From the NCBI GenBank assembly GCA_040382515.1, contig JBEIFH010000006.1:1-63225 (forward strand): a stretch of DNA of 63,225 nucleotides, written 5' to 3'. A model generated the notes under the pieces. The model ran no database searches, was not told where the DNA came from, and saw nothing but the letters and a program-made list of their open reading frames with translations. Of the stretch, positions 1 through 10,234 are shown one piece after another. This stretch comes from Chlamydiia bacterium (GTDB lineage: Bacteria; Chlamydiota; Chlamydiia; Chlamydiales; RGXB01). Made by a program: the position numbers and the translations under genes. How positions within the stretch are numbered: the first letter of the stretch is position 1; each line of letters begins with the position of its first letter.

Positions 1-12
1 AAAAATCTCATC

Positions 13-1932
13 TCAAAAGTACGCTCTAGGCTTAGCTAATACCTGAAGATGCTCTAAAGGGAGCTCTTCAAGAAAGCGACTTTTTTTCATGGGTCTGGAG
101 GTTCCCCAAAGAAAACGGAAGGCGGTGCTTGTGAGAGTCAACCTTCGTTCAGCCCGCGTCATCCCTACATAAAAAAGCCTTCGCTCCTCTTCAAGATCGG
201 GTAATTCCATTTTAGAATTGATATGTGGCAGGATATCCTCCTCAACGCCCGGAATAAAACAGGTGTGAAATTCCAGCCCTTTGGAGTTATGAAGAGTCAT
301 TAAAAAGATCTTAGGGTCCATGGAGTGGGCTTCATCAAATTTTTGCTTTAAAGAGAGCTCCTCCAAAAAATCGATTAGGCTTAAATCCGAATTTTCTTTC
401 TCCCACTCGATAGCTTTGGCGATTAAAGCCTCGACGTTTTCTTTACGGTCTTGATAGGTCTCTTTGTCCTCTTTGAGGAACTCCAAATAGCCGGTATCGT
501 GCAGGATTTTTGTTATTTTTTGAGAGATGGAGGGGATTGTATGCACTGATTGCAAAAGAAAATAGAACTTGTCCAGCTCCTGTTTTTGTTTAGCCGAAAG
601 GGGGAGATTCTGGCTATTTTGCAATAGATCAATCAGGGTCGTTAAAGTCCGCTGCTGCATCTCTTTAATTTTTTCCAAAGCTGCATTTCCTATTCCTCTT
701 TTGGGGACATTGATTACCCTTTGAAAAGCTACAAAGTCATTTTTGGATACGGTGAGCCTAAGATAATCTAAAAGATCTTTGATCTCTTTTCTTTCATAAA
801 AGGATAAACCTCCAACAATCGTATAAGGGATGCGTAGACGTAAAAGAGCATCTTCAAGGCTGCGCGACTGAGCATTTGTGCGATACAAAAGGGCGATGCT
901 ACCCGGGTCTTGCCCTTGATCGATGAGGGCATCTACCTCTCTAGCGATATACTGCGCCTCCTCCCTTTCATCAAAAAAAGAGCGCACCTGGATTTTTTCC
1001 CCATCCCCCAAGGCGCTCCAAAGGTTTTTTTCATATCTGCCGCTATTGTGGGCAATCAAAGCATTTGCAGCTTTCAATATATGGCCTGTCGAGCGGTAGT
1101 TTTGCTCCAATTTAATCACCTGGGCGTTGGGAAAATCCTCTTCAAAACCCAGAATATTCTGTATACTCGCCCCCCTCCATGAATAAATAGATTGATCAGG
1201 GTCACCAACGACAAATAGATTTTGGTGAGAGTCTACTAAAAGTTTGGTCAAAGAGTACTGGGCATGGTTGGTGTCCTGGTATTCATCGATCAAGATGTAG
1301 CGGAAGCGGTTTTGGATCTCCTGTTTTAGTGCGCTTTGATCACGCAGCAAAAAAACGGGCAACAAAAGGAGATCGTCAAAATCTATCGCATTGCTCTCTT
1401 TCAAACGCGTTTGGTAACGTTCATAAATTTGATAGAAATGGTCTTTCCCCCTTTGGTGTTGAAAATCGATAGGTAAAAGCAGGGCATTTTTGGCATCGCT
1501 GATCGCCTGGCGAGTATCTTTAAGGTGCCCCTTTTCTGGTTTCATATCAAAATCTTTAAAACATTCTTTTAAGAGGGAACTTGTGTCCTCCTCGTCGTAA
1601 ATCGAGAATGTGGTTTTGAACCCTAAGAGTTCTATCGACTCCCTTAAAAACCGGGCTCCAAACGAGTGAAATGTTGTGATCAGTGGGGGGTGGGGACAAA
1701 TAGAAAGTATCCTTTCCCGCATCTCTTGAGCTGCTTTGTTTGTAAATGTGACGGCCAGGATTTCACTTGGATGGACTCCAGACTGCAAAAGGGTTGCAAT
1801 CCTTTCGACTACCACACGGGTTTTTCCCGATCCTGCACCGGCGAGGACTAAAAGAGGACCCTGTTTGTGGGAGATTGCAAGTTTTTGTTGTGGATTCATT
1901 TCGGTCATAAGCTCAGCTGATTTTAGCCACAT
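13..1932 (-). CDS. uvrD: ATP-dependent DNA helicase UvrD/PcrA (SF1A)
   Basis: Motifs LAGAGSGKT, TFTNKAA, DEYQD, VGDPDQSIYSWRGA, LEQNYRST, TLHNSKGLEF, EERRLFYVGMTRA. True start may be 1908 or 1899. Confidence 0.95.
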   Translation of the reverse strand: MWLKSAELMTEMNPQQKLAISHKQGPLLVLAGAGSGKTRVVVERIATLLQSGVHPSEILAVTFTNKAAQEMRERILSICPHPPLITTFHSFGARFLRESIELLGFKTTFSIYDEEDTSSLLKECFKDFDMKPEKGHLKDTRQAISDAKNALLLPIDFQHQRGKDHFYQIYERYQTRLKESNAIDFDDLLLLPVFLLRDQSALKQEIQNRFRYILIDEYQDTNHAQYSLTKLLVDSHQNLFVVGDPDQSIYSWRGASIQNILGFEEDFPNAQVIKLEQNYRSTGHILKAANALIAHNSGRYEKNLWSALGDGEKIQVRSFFDEREEAQYIAREVDALIDQGQDPGSIALLYRTNAQSRSLEDALLRLRIPYTIVGGLSFYERKEIKDLLDYLRLTVSKNDFVAFQRVINVPKRGIGNAALEKIKEMQQRTLTTLIDLLQNSQNLPLSAKQKQELDKFYFLLQSVHTIPSISQKITKILHDTGYLEFLKEDKETYQDRKENVEALIAKAIEWEKENSDLSLIDFLEELSLKQKFDEAHSMDPKIFLMTLHNSKGLEFHTCFIPGVEEDILPHINSKMELPDLEEERRLFYVGMTRAERRLTLTSTAFRFLWGTSRPMKKSRFLEELPLEHLQVLAKPRAYF

Positions 1933-2080
1933 GATTTTAACTTTTCCAGGTAAAGATAGGTTTTCGGTTAAAATAGCTGTTCAAGCATGATGGAGAAAAA
2001 TTTTTCTAGAAAATGATTTACCTTTTAAACCATTTTTTCTTTAGTATGGTACGAATCCCTTAGAAAAAATTCGGTGCTGA

Positions 2081-3331
2081 GTGGTAGCTAGTAGAGTTTG
2101 GATAGTTTTTTTCTTTTTTGGACACGTTCTTTTTGGCAAAGTCGAGGTCGGGCTTGACCGGGTGTTTTTAGGGGGCGCCCACCCTTCGATCCAAGGAAAA
2201 AGGGTAGGTCTTTTAACAAACCATACCGCTGTGGATCGCAACGGAGTTACCGCAATGGATCGCTTCCAGTCCAGAAAAGACTGTAAGTTGGCTGCACTCT
2301 TTGCACCAGAACACGGACTCTATGGGCAACAGCATGCAAGCGAAAAAATAAAAGACGGAAAAAGGGGGGATATCCCTGTCTATAGCCTATATGGATCCAA
2401 CCGTCGACCCTTAGAGGCCCAGCTCAAAGGGTTGGATGTGATTGTATACGACATCCAGGATATAGGCGTCCGCTCCTACACCTACATCTCCTCCCTTTTT
2501 TATATGATGGAGGAGGCGGCCAAAAAAAATTTGGAGGTGGTTGTTTTAGATCGCCCCAATCCTATCAACGGACTGACAGTCGACGGACCGATGCTTCATC
2601 CCAAATGGCGTTCTTTTATCGGTTACGTGAATGTCCCCTACATACATGGAATGACTGTCGGTGAATTGGCCCAGTTCTTTAATGCCGAGTATAAAATAGG
2701 GGCGAAATTAACAGTAATCCCCATGAAAGGCTGGAAGAGGGGGATGGATTTTAAAGAAACCGGGTTACACTGGATACCGACCAGCCCAAATATACCTGAG
2801 GCAGATACCCCGCTTTTTTATGCGACAACCGGTCTTTTAGGGGAATTACGCCTTTGCAACATCGGCGTTGGGTATACCCTTCCGTTCAAATTGATAGGCG
2901 CACCCTGGATCGATGCGAATTTAATCACCAAACATCTCAACAGTCAAGGGCTGAGCGGAGTCCGTTTTGCTCCTCTGCATTTTAAACCATTTTCAGGGTC
3001 CATGGCACAGCTCGAATGCCAAGGGGCTCTGATCCAGGTTACCGACAAAAAAACCTTCAAGCCTTTTGAGGTGCAAGGGGTGTTGATTGGGTCTTTAAAG
3101 CAGTTGTATCCGCAAAAATTTAAAGAGGTGATGGCCCACATCGGTAAATCGGAAAAGGATCTTTTCTGCAAGGCTATTGGTTCTGAGGAGCCGCTGCAAC
3201 TTCTTAAAGAAGAGAAGCTTATAGGCTGGCAGCTAGCTGAATTTCAACGGGCCGAGCGGGAAAACTTTATGGAAAAAAGAAAAAACTATTTGCGTCCCGA
3301 ATACGCGGAAGACTATAGACCAAATTTATGA
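2081..3331 (+). CDS. DUF1343/YbbC family exo-beta-N-acetylmuramidase (NamZ-like), with signal peptide
   Basis: RVGLLTNHTA, LFAPEHG, YDIQDIGVRSYTY, VLDRPNP, HGMTVGELA, WIPTSPNIP motifs typical of the family; hydrophobic N-terminus. Confidence 0.9.
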   Translation: MVASRVWIVFFFFGHVLFGKVEVGLDRVFLGGAHPSIQGKRVGLLTNHTAVDRNGVTAMDRFQSRKDCKLAALFAPEHGLYGQQHASEKIKDGKRGDIPVYSLYGSNRRPLEAQLKGLDVIVYDIQDIGVRSYTYISSLFYMMEEAAKKNLEVVVLDRPNPINGLTVDGPMLHPKWRSFIGYVNVPYIHGMTVGELAQFFNAEYKIGAKLTVIPMKGWKRGMDFKETGLHWIPTSPNIPEADTPLFYATTGLLGELRLCNIGVGYTLPFKLIGAPWIDANLITKHLNSQGLSGVRFAPLHFKPFSGSMAQLECQGALIQVTDKKTFKPFEVQGVLIGSLKQLYPQKFKEVMAHIGKSEKDLFCKAIGSEEPLQLLKEEKLIGWQLAEFQRAERENFMEKRKNYLRPEYAEDYRPNL

Positions 3332-5757
3332 AGAAAACTCTTATCATCGTCGAATCTCCGACTAAAGTAAAAACGCTCCAAAAATTTCTAGGAAAAGAAT
3401 TCTTAGTCGACTCCTCAGTGGGACATATTATAGATTTACCGCAGAAGGGATTGAATATTGATGTTGAAAACGGATTTGAACCGAATTATGTCCCTTTGCC
3501 GGCCAAAAAAGAGGTGATTGAAAGGCTGAAGAGAGAGGCGAAAAAGGTCGATCAGGTCCTTTTGGCTACCGACCCTGACCGAGAAGGTGAAGCGATTGCG
3601 TGGCATATTGCTTCCATCCTCCCAAAGATTCCCCACATGAGGGTAACTTTCAACGAGATCACTAAAGGGGCAGTTTTGGAGGCCTTAAAACATCCGAGAA
3701 AAATTGATGACGATCTTGTGAGCGCCCAGCAGGCAAGACGGATTTTAGACCGGTTGGTAGGGTACAAAATTTCACCTATTTTGATTCGAAAGGTAAAAGG
3801 TGCAAAGAGCCTCTCGGCTGGAAGGGTGCAATCGGTTGCGCTGAAACTGATTGTCGAAAGGGAGGAAGCGATTGAGGCTTTCAAACCTGAAGAATATTGG
3901 AACCTAGGGGCCATTTTAGAAGGGAAAAAAGAGTTCAGGGCGTCCCTTTTTACAATAGATGGGAAAAAAGTAGAGAGATCGATTCCTAATGAAAAGGAAG
4001 CGACCAAGATCGAAAAAGATCTGGAAAAGTGCAAATACACGGTCTCTAAAGTCGAAAGAAAAGAGCGTTTGCGAAATCCGGCTCCCCCTTTCACAACTTC
4101 AACTTTACAGCAGGAGGCCTCCCGCCATTTCGGTTTTTCATCGACTCGAACTATGCAAGTAGCCCAAAGTCTTTACGAGGGTGTCGATTGCGGAGCTGAG
4201 GGAGCAGTGGGTTTGATCACCTATATGAGAACCGACTCCCCCAGAAGCTCACCGGAGGCAATCAAAGAGGCAAGAGACTGGATTAAGAAAAAATTCGGTG
4301 AAGAATATTTGCCTAAAGTCCCGAATATCTATCAGGGAAAAAGGGCCGCACAAGATGCGCATGAGGGGATTCGTCCCACAAGCGTCGCAAAAAGACCTGA
4401 GGATATCAAGTCCTACCTATCTATCGATGAATTCAAGCTCTACCAGCTCATTTACCGCCGTTTTTTGGCCTCCCAGATGGAGCCGGCTGTCTATGATACT
4501 GTGACGGCACATATTGAAACCGACAAAAAATATGAGCTTAAGGCGACCGGATCGATTATTAAATTTCAGGGCTTTTTAACCCTTTATGAGGAAAAAGAGG
4601 ACGAGGAAAAGGAGGAAGAGCGCACTTTGCCCCCTTTAGAGGAGGGGCAAAAATTAAAGCTCAATAAGGTGACGAAAGATCAAGCTTTCACTAAACCTCT
4701 ACCCCGTTTTACCGAGGCCTCATTGGTTAAAGAGCTGGAAAAGCAGGGGATTGGGCGCCCGTCGACCTATGCTGCGATCATGAATAAAATCCAATCGCGC
4801 GATTATACAACAAAAGAGAAAGGGACGTTGAAACCCACCGAGTTGGGACGCATTATTTCTCGTATGTTGAGTGACAATTTTACGCAGATTATTGACGTCG
4901 GTTTTACAGCCCATATGGAAGAGGATCTGGATGCCATTGCGGAAGGGAAGCTCGACCACAAACGGTTCTTGAAAGAATTCTGGGATGTCTTTTTGCCCAT
5001 AGTCGAGGTCGCTGAAAAAGAGGCGCACGTTCCGAAAGAGCTTACCGATAAAATTTGCCCTGAGTGTGGAAAACAGCTTCAAAAAATTTGGGCAAGGAAT
5101 AAATACTTTTTGGGGTGTAGCGGTTACCCCGATTGCAAATACACGGCCCCCCTAGAGGAGCTTGTGATTCACAAAGAGGAGTATGAACCCTCATTTAATT
5201 GGGACCAGGATTGTCCGAACTGCGGTAAAAAAATGTCGATCCGCAAGGGGCGCTTTGGTATTTTTCTTGGATGCAGTGGCTACCCCGATTGTAAAACGAT
5301 CATCAACATACCGAAAAAGGGCTCAGAAGGTGTCGATACCGGAGCCAAATGTCCGGCAAAAGGGTGCCCCGGGAAATTAAAACAGCGTGTATCGAGATAC
5401 GGCAAACCCTTCTTTTCTTGTTCCACTTACCCTGAATGTGATGTGATTGGAAATTCTGTCGAGGAGATACAAGAGAGTTTCCGGGATCATACCCGCACCA
5501 AAGCGGAGCCGAAAACCGGGGGCAAAGGGCGAGGAAAACAAAAACTCTCCAAAGAGTTGATCGCCCTTACCAAGGAGGACGATCTCACAAGGGGGGAGGT
5601 CACAAAACGGATTTGGGCCTACATAAAGGAGAAGAATCTGCAAGATCCCGAAAATAAAAAAATGATTATCCCCGATAAGGTGCTTGAGCCGATCCTTGGA
5701 AAACAGCCGGTACACATGCTTAAACTGGCGTCCGCTTTGAGTCGACATTTTAAATGA
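3328..5757 (+). CDS. topA: DNA topoisomerase I with C4 zinc ribbons and C-terminal SWIB/MDM2 domain
   Basis: IVESPTK, ATDPDREGEAI, SAGRVQS, ITYMRTDS (catalytic Tyr), three CPxC ribbons, C-terminal TRGEVTKRIWAYIKEKNLQDP SWIB signature. Confidence 0.97.
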   Translation: MKKTLIIVESPTKVKTLQKFLGKEFLVDSSVGHIIDLPQKGLNIDVENGFEPNYVPLPAKKEVIERLKREAKKVDQVLLATDPDREGEAIAWHIASILPKIPHMRVTFNEITKGAVLEALKHPRKIDDDLVSAQQARRILDRLVGYKISPILIRKVKGAKSLSAGRVQSVALKLIVEREEAIEAFKPEEYWNLGAILEGKKEFRASLFTIDGKKVERSIPNEKEATKIEKDLEKCKYTVSKVERKERLRNPAPPFTTSTLQQEASRHFGFSSTRTMQVAQSLYEGVDCGAEGAVGLITYMRTDSPRSSPEAIKEARDWIKKKFGEEYLPKVPNIYQGKRAAQDAHEGIRPTSVAKRPEDIKSYLSIDEFKLYQLIYRRFLASQMEPAVYDTVTAHIETDKKYELKATGSIIKFQGFLTLYEEKEDEEKEEERTLPPLEEGQKLKLNKVTKDQAFTKPLPRFTEASLVKELEKQGIGRPSTYAAIMNKIQSRDYTTKEKGTLKPTELGRIISRMLSDNFTQIIDVGFTAHMEEDLDAIAEGKLDHKRFLKEFWDVFLPIVEVAEKEAHVPKELTDKICPECGKQLQKIWARNKYFLGCSGYPDCKYTAPLEELVIHKEEYEPSFNWDQDCPNCGKKMSIRKGRFGIFLGCSGYPDCKTIINIPKKGSEGVDTGAKCPAKGCPGKLKQRVSRYGKPFFSCSTYPECDVIGNSVEEIQESFRDHTRTKAEPKTGGKGRGKQKLSKELIALTKEDDLTRGEVTKRIWAYIKEKNLQDPENKKMIIPDKVLEPILGKQPVHMLKLASALSRHFK

Positions 5758-5878
5758 TTTTTTTATTGAGCTGTGGGCGGCTATTTTGAATAAATCTTTG
5801 CTACGCTGTTGCTCTTGAAAATTGGCAATTCCCCAATTGCCTTTAATTCAATTTTGTGGAATACTTTACTCACTTTAC

Positions 5879-5952
5879 GCACTGGTAGCTCAGTTGGATA
5901 GAGCGCATGGCTACGAACCATGAGGTCTGGGGTTCGAATCCCTACCAGTGCA
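5879..5952 (+). tRNA. tRNA-Arg (anticodon ACG), 3' CCA not encoded
   Basis: Cloverleaf: acceptor GCACTGG/CCAGTGC, D arm GCTC/GAGC, anticodon stem CATGG/CCATG with loop CT-ACG-AA, T loop TTCGAAT; followed by TTTC, not CCA. Confidence 0.97.
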
Positions 5953-6125
5953 TTTCATTAAGTCAACCTTTTCGAAGTTTTTTTCAAAAAATACAGTAGC
6001 AGGTTTGCCTCGACTGTATCTATCAAAAATTTTACATTTTTTGACCGCAGTTTAAAAAATTTTGCAAAAAAAGTACCCAAAAACGGTATTCTAATGATTT
6101 AATGGAGCTTCTGAAGAGGTCTTTT

Positions 6126-6725
6126 ATGCTGATTTTCGATAAATTACTTGGCCCTTTAGAGACAAGAACCATTCTCTTAGCGTGCCCTCTTACTAAGGAG
6201 GCCGTTTTGATAGACCCTTCTTTTTATAGTTTTCGTCATTTTACTCCTATTATCGATGAAAATAAATTTTTTTTGAAAATGATTTTATTGACACACTCCC
6301 ATTACGATCATATCGTTGATATGGCAAAATTTCGAGATCTTGGCGTCCCAGTATATGTTCACCCTTTAGATAGTCCAAATGTTCTAGCCCCTGGTTCTGA
6401 CGGATTGAGATCCCCAAAAGTCATAGATCGGGTAAGCGACCCCCGGTATTTTCAGGAGGGGTATAAAATTTATTTTGGATCTATTGAGGGGGTAGTTTTG
6501 GAGACCCCCGGTCACTCCCCGGGGTCCGTCTGCTTTTATTTCCCGAAAGAAAACCTTTTGATTAGCGGAGACACCCTTTTCAAAGGGGGAATCGGCAGAC
6601 TGGATCTACCTACTGCGGTGCCTTTGAAAATGGAAGGATCCCTAGAAAAATTGAAAAAACACCCTAAAGGGACAGTCGTTTACCCCGGACACGGTCCGAA
6701 AACTACTATAGAGGAGGAATTATGA
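6126..6725 (+). CDS. MBL-fold metallo-hydrolase (glyoxalase II-like)
   Basis: THSHYDH, TPGHSPG, SGDTLF, YPGHG motifs; GAGG RBS before ATG 6126 (ORF open from 6102). Confidence 0.9.
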   Translation: MLIFDKLLGPLETRTILLACPLTKEAVLIDPSFYSFRHFTPIIDENKFFLKMILLTHSHYDHIVDMAKFRDLGVPVYVHPLDSPNVLAPGSDGLRSPKVIDRVSDPRYFQEGYKIYFGSIEGVVLETPGHSPGSVCFYFPKENLLISGDTLFKGGIGRLDLPTAVPLKMEGSLEKLKKHPKGTVVYPGHGPKTTIEEEL

Positions 6726-7255
6726 CATCATTGATCGGGCATGAGGCGCCAAATTTTGTTGCACAGGCAGCAAAAAATGGGGAGATCATCGATGTACAAT
6801 TGAAAGAATATAAAGGTAAATTCGTAGTTTTACTTTTTTATCCTTTAGATTTTACTTTTGTATGCCCTACGGAGCTTATGGCATTTCAACACAAGATAGA
6901 GGAATTCCACAAAAGAAACACCGAAATTTTAGCGATATCGGTCGACAGCGTCTATACGCACAGGGCATGGTGGAACCATGAAGTCAAATCGGTTTCATTT
7001 CCGATCGTCAGCGATATCACCAAAACTATCTGCTTGAACTACGGTACCCTTATTGATAAGGGGATCTCTTTACGGGGGACTTATATTATCGATGCAGACG
7101 GGCTAGTGCAGCATGTATCCGTGAATAATTTAGGGATTGGACGGGGCGTCGACGAGGTTTTAAGGCTCGTAGATGCTATCCAATACCATAAATCACACGG
7201 AGAGGTTTGTCCGGCGGACTGGCACCTTGGTGATAAAGGGATACGACCAACCTAA
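6722..7255 (+). CDS. ahpC: 2-Cys peroxiredoxin (AhpC/Prx1 family)
   Basis: FYPLDFTFVCPTE and GEVCPADW motifs; GAGGAGG RBS; ATGA overlap with upstream gene. Confidence 0.93.
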   Translation: MTSLIGHEAPNFVAQAAKNGEIIDVQLKEYKGKFVVLLFYPLDFTFVCPTELMAFQHKIEEFHKRNTEILAISVDSVYTHRAWWNHEVKSVSFPIVSDITKTICLNYGTLIDKGISLRGTYIIDADGLVQHVSVNNLGIGRGVDEVLRLVDAIQYHKSHGEVCPADWHLGDKGIRPT

Positions 7256-7261
7256 AATTTT

Positions 7262-8458
7262 TTATAGCAGTTGTTCCTCAATACGGAGCAGCTGGTTATA
7301 TTTCGCAATGCGCTCGCCTCTGGCGGGTGCACCCGATTTTATCTGGTCTACACCGAGCGCAACGCAAAGATCGCTGATAAAAGTATCTTCCGTCTCACCC
7401 GAGCGGTGCGACAACATCACCTTAAACCCATTTTCTTGAGCTATCCTCACGGTCTCGATAGTTTCTGTGAGGGTACCTACCTGATTTGGCTTTATCAGGA
7501 TACCGTTTGCAAGATCTCTTTTAATACCAAACTCGAGCCTTTTGCGATTGGTGACAAAAATATCATCTCCAATCAACTGGATCTGGGAACCTAGTCTGCT
7601 GTTTAATTCATGCCAGCCGTCGAAATCATCCTCTTTGCAACCATCTTCAATGCTGATGATCGGATATCTTTCGACTAGTTCTACATATTGGTCGATCAGA
7701 TTTTCGGTGTCCTCGATTTCATTTGCGGCGACATCTAATCCTATCATGACGTCGATTCCAGGACGGTATCCGGCGATCTCAATTGCCTCTACAATCCATT
7801 CCAGAGCCTCTTTTGTCGAGTGGATATTTGGAGCAAATCCCCCTTCATCACCCACATTTGTCGAGAGCTTATTTTTGTGCAGGATTTTTTTCAGAGTTTG
7901 GTATATCTCAGCACCCGCTCTGTAATTTTCTGAAAAAAGCTCTTTACGAGGGGCAATCATAAATTCTTGAAAGTCGAGCCCGTTATCAGCGTGTTTTCCA
8001 CCATTGATAATGTTAAAGAAAGGGAAGGGGAGTTTGTGTTGGATGGATCCCCCCAGGTAGCGAAACAACGGGAGCCTATAGTAATGGGAGGCGGCTCGAG
8101 CCGTTGCCAAAGAAACAGCCAAAAGAGTATTTGCCCCAAAGCGATGTTTTTTCTCTGTGCCGTCAAGATCAATCAAAAGTTTATCAAGATTGGTCTGCTC
8201 GGAGGCTTTATGCCCTTTGACGGCCGGAAAAATGTCATGGTGGACATGGTAGATAGATTTGAGCACACCTTTTCCAAAAAAGCGATGTTGATCTGCATCG
8301 CGCAGTTCCAAAGCTTCATGGGAGCCAGTCGAGGCGCCCGAAGGGACCGATGCACGCCCAAGATGACCGCTTTCTAGTAAACAGTCCACCTCCAAGGTGG
8401 GGTTACCTCTGGAATCCAGAATTTCCCTTGCTTGGATCATTTGAATACGGTCACTCAT
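7262..8458 (-). CDS. eno: Enolase (shortened, 398 aa)
   Basis: EILDSRGNPT, VPSGASTG, GDEGGFAP, GDDIFVTN, SHRSGETED, QIKSGAPARGER. Confidence 0.97.
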   Translation of the reverse strand: MSDRIQMIQAREILDSRGNPTLEVDCLLESGHLGRASVPSGASTGSHEALELRDADQHRFFGKGVLKSIYHVHHDIFPAVKGHKASEQTNLDKLLIDLDGTEKKHRFGANTLLAVSLATARAASHYYRLPLFRYLGGSIQHKLPFPFFNIINGGKHADNGLDFQEFMIAPRKELFSENYRAGAEIYQTLKKILHKNKLSTNVGDEGGFAPNIHSTKEALEWIVEAIEIAGYRPGIDVMIGLDVAANEIEDTENLIDQYVELVERYPIISIEDGCKEDDFDGWHELNSRLGSQIQLIGDDIFVTNRKRLEFGIKRDLANGILIKPNQVGTLTETIETVRIAQENGFKVMLSHRSGETEDTFISDLCVALGVDQIKSGAPARGERIAKYNQLLRIEEQLL

Positions 8459-9482
8459 AATCTTCTCTAATTCCTTCCATTAAACTAAGGTAGGATTGGT
8501 ATCTCGTAAGAGCTATTTTACCTTTCTCCAAACCCTTTTTTACCGCACAATTTGGCTCATGTGTATGGCTGCAAGGTGAAAAATCACACTTTTTACCAGC
8601 TTTATGAATCTCTTTAAATAAAGGTTCGACCTCTTTTTTATCCAGATCAAAAAGCCCAAAACTTTTGATGCCGGGAGTATCTATGCAGTATCCGCCCGAT
8701 TTCAACGGAATTAAAAGAGAGGTGGTTGTCGTGTGAGCCCCTTTTTCCGTTTTTGCCATCACCTCGCGTACACGAAAATTTCCTTTTGTGATTGCATTCA
8801 GTATGGAAGTTTTACCGACACCGGACTGCCCCGTAAGGACATTTGTATGCCCTTTCATCAAAATTTTTAAATCCTCTATCCCATAATCATTTATTGTGCT
8901 GATTTTACATACGGGAATGTCCAGCTCTTCATAGACTTGAAGTAATTCTTCAAGGTAGGGAGGGGGTGAGAGATCGATTTTATTTACAACGAGCACCGGT
9001 CTCATCCTCTGTTTGAGGCAAGCAACAATATAGCGGTCGATCAGATTGGGTTTGATCACAGGATAGGCGACTGAAACACAGATCAGCACCTGATCTACAT
9101 TAGCTGCCAGGAGTTGTTCCTTCCGCTGGCGCAGATGGTCGGCCCTGGAAAGGATGGTTGTCCTTGGTTCAATCGCTTCGATGATTTTTTTTTGCGGGTC
9201 AAAGTAGACATAATCTCCCACGCAAATAAGGTTTTTTTGTCTCGAGCGCCCCTTTTTAAGGGCCCCTTTGAGTTCACAAAGGGATCCTACCCCTTCATTT
9301 TCAACAAATACCCCCTCGGATAAAACAGAAATCACCCTCCCCCTTGGTAGGGCCGGAGGTACAAAAACCGGCGGCTTCTTCTGATCGGTCTTTTTATATT
9401 TTGAGCGGTCATTGAGAGATTTGATTTTCCGCTCTTTTTTCTGTTGCCTGACTTTCGGGCTGAATTTGTCTTCAAAGTCCAC
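8451..9482 (-). CDS. rsgA: Ribosome small-subunit-dependent GTPase A
   Basis: Circularly permuted G motifs NKID, GQSGVGKT, HTTT, DTPG and zinc finger CDFSPCSHTHEPNC. Confidence 0.95.
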   Translation of the reverse strand: MDFEDKFSPKVRQQKKERKIKSLNDRSKYKKTDQKKPPVFVPPALPRGRVISVLSEGVFVENEGVGSLCELKGALKKGRSRQKNLICVGDYVYFDPQKKIIEAIEPRTTILSRADHLRQRKEQLLAANVDQVLICVSVAYPVIKPNLIDRYIVACLKQRMRPVLVVNKIDLSPPPYLEELLQVYEELDIPVCKISTINDYGIEDLKILMKGHTNVLTGQSGVGKTSILNAITKGNFRVREVMAKTEKGAHTTTTSLLIPLKSGGYCIDTPGIKSFGLFDLDKKEVEPLFKEIHKAGKKCDFSPCSHTHEPNCAVKKGLEKGKIALTRYQSYLSLMEGIREDYE

Positions 9483-10200
9483 GGGATTTTCCTAAAAAAT
9501 AGAGAAGAATCGCCCCCGCTTGGGAAACATTCAAAGATTCTGTTGGTGGAAGCATAGGTATTTTAACCTTTTTTACTAATTTCTTTATTTTTTCTTGAAG
9601 CCCTTGACCCTCATGCCCCAAGATGAGTCCGAACGGCTCTTTTGGAAAAAACCGTTCTATAGGATCACCATCCATATCGGCTCCAAGAAGGGTCAAGTTT
9701 AAATCCAAAAGATCTTCAAGCGAACCCTTTCTAAGGGGGACTCTGAAAACCGCACCCATGGAGGCGCGTATCACCTTTTCGTTGAAAGGATCTACACAGG
9801 AATCAAGAAAAAAAGCAAGGTCGAACCCAAAAGCTTCCATGGATCGCAAAAGGGTGCCTACATTTCCCGGATCCTGCAGCCGATCAAAAATGAGAACCCT
9901 GGTCCCTTTTGCCAAACTTAGAGGGGGGATAGGAAGGAGGGCTATCCACCGATCGTGGGAGGAAACTCCCAATATTTTTTCAAAAATTTCTTTTGAAATG
10001 AAAAACGTTTCTTTTGCCGGAAGATTTTGGTATGGATCAGTAGAAAACAAGACCTCAATAGGGTGCGTTTGGGACAGTTCCTGCAGGAGATGGTCTCCAA
10101 AAACAAGGCATAGTCCCTCTGATTGACGAAAAGATTTGTCGGTTCGAATCCTAAGAGCTTTTTGAATAATCGGATTTTTTAGGCTTTTAAGGTGCATCAT
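9472..10200 (-). CDS. TrmH/SpoU family RNA methyltransferase
   Basis: QDPGNVGTLLRS, RASMGA, LGHEGQG, IPM..ESLNVS motifs. Start trimmed to 10200 to avoid head-to-head overlap. Confidence 0.9.
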   Translation of the reverse strand: MMHLKSLKNPIIQKALRIRTDKSFRQSEGLCLVFGDHLLQELSQTHPIEVLFSTDPYQNLPAKETFFISKEIFEKILGVSSHDRWIALLPIPPLSLAKGTRVLIFDRLQDPGNVGTLLRSMEAFGFDLAFFLDSCVDPFNEKVIRASMGAVFRVPLRKGSLEDLLDLNLTLLGADMDGDPIERFFPKEPFGLILGHEGQGLQEKIKKLVKKVKIPMLPPTESLNVSQAGAILLYFLGKSRGL

Positions 10201-10234
10201 GGGTGTAGAACATGATACAGATTCAAGAATTAGG

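Noticed and set aside
5824..5841. Palindrome GGCAATT-CCCC-AATTGCC resembling ATTGCC-TCA-GGCAAT at 13383
   Set aside because: Arm order and spacing differ; likely a topA terminator or chance similarity.
5753..6100. tRNA-Arg as an integration site for an island or prophage
   Set aside because: No integrase and no duplicate of the tRNA 3' end seen; flanking genes are housekeeping.
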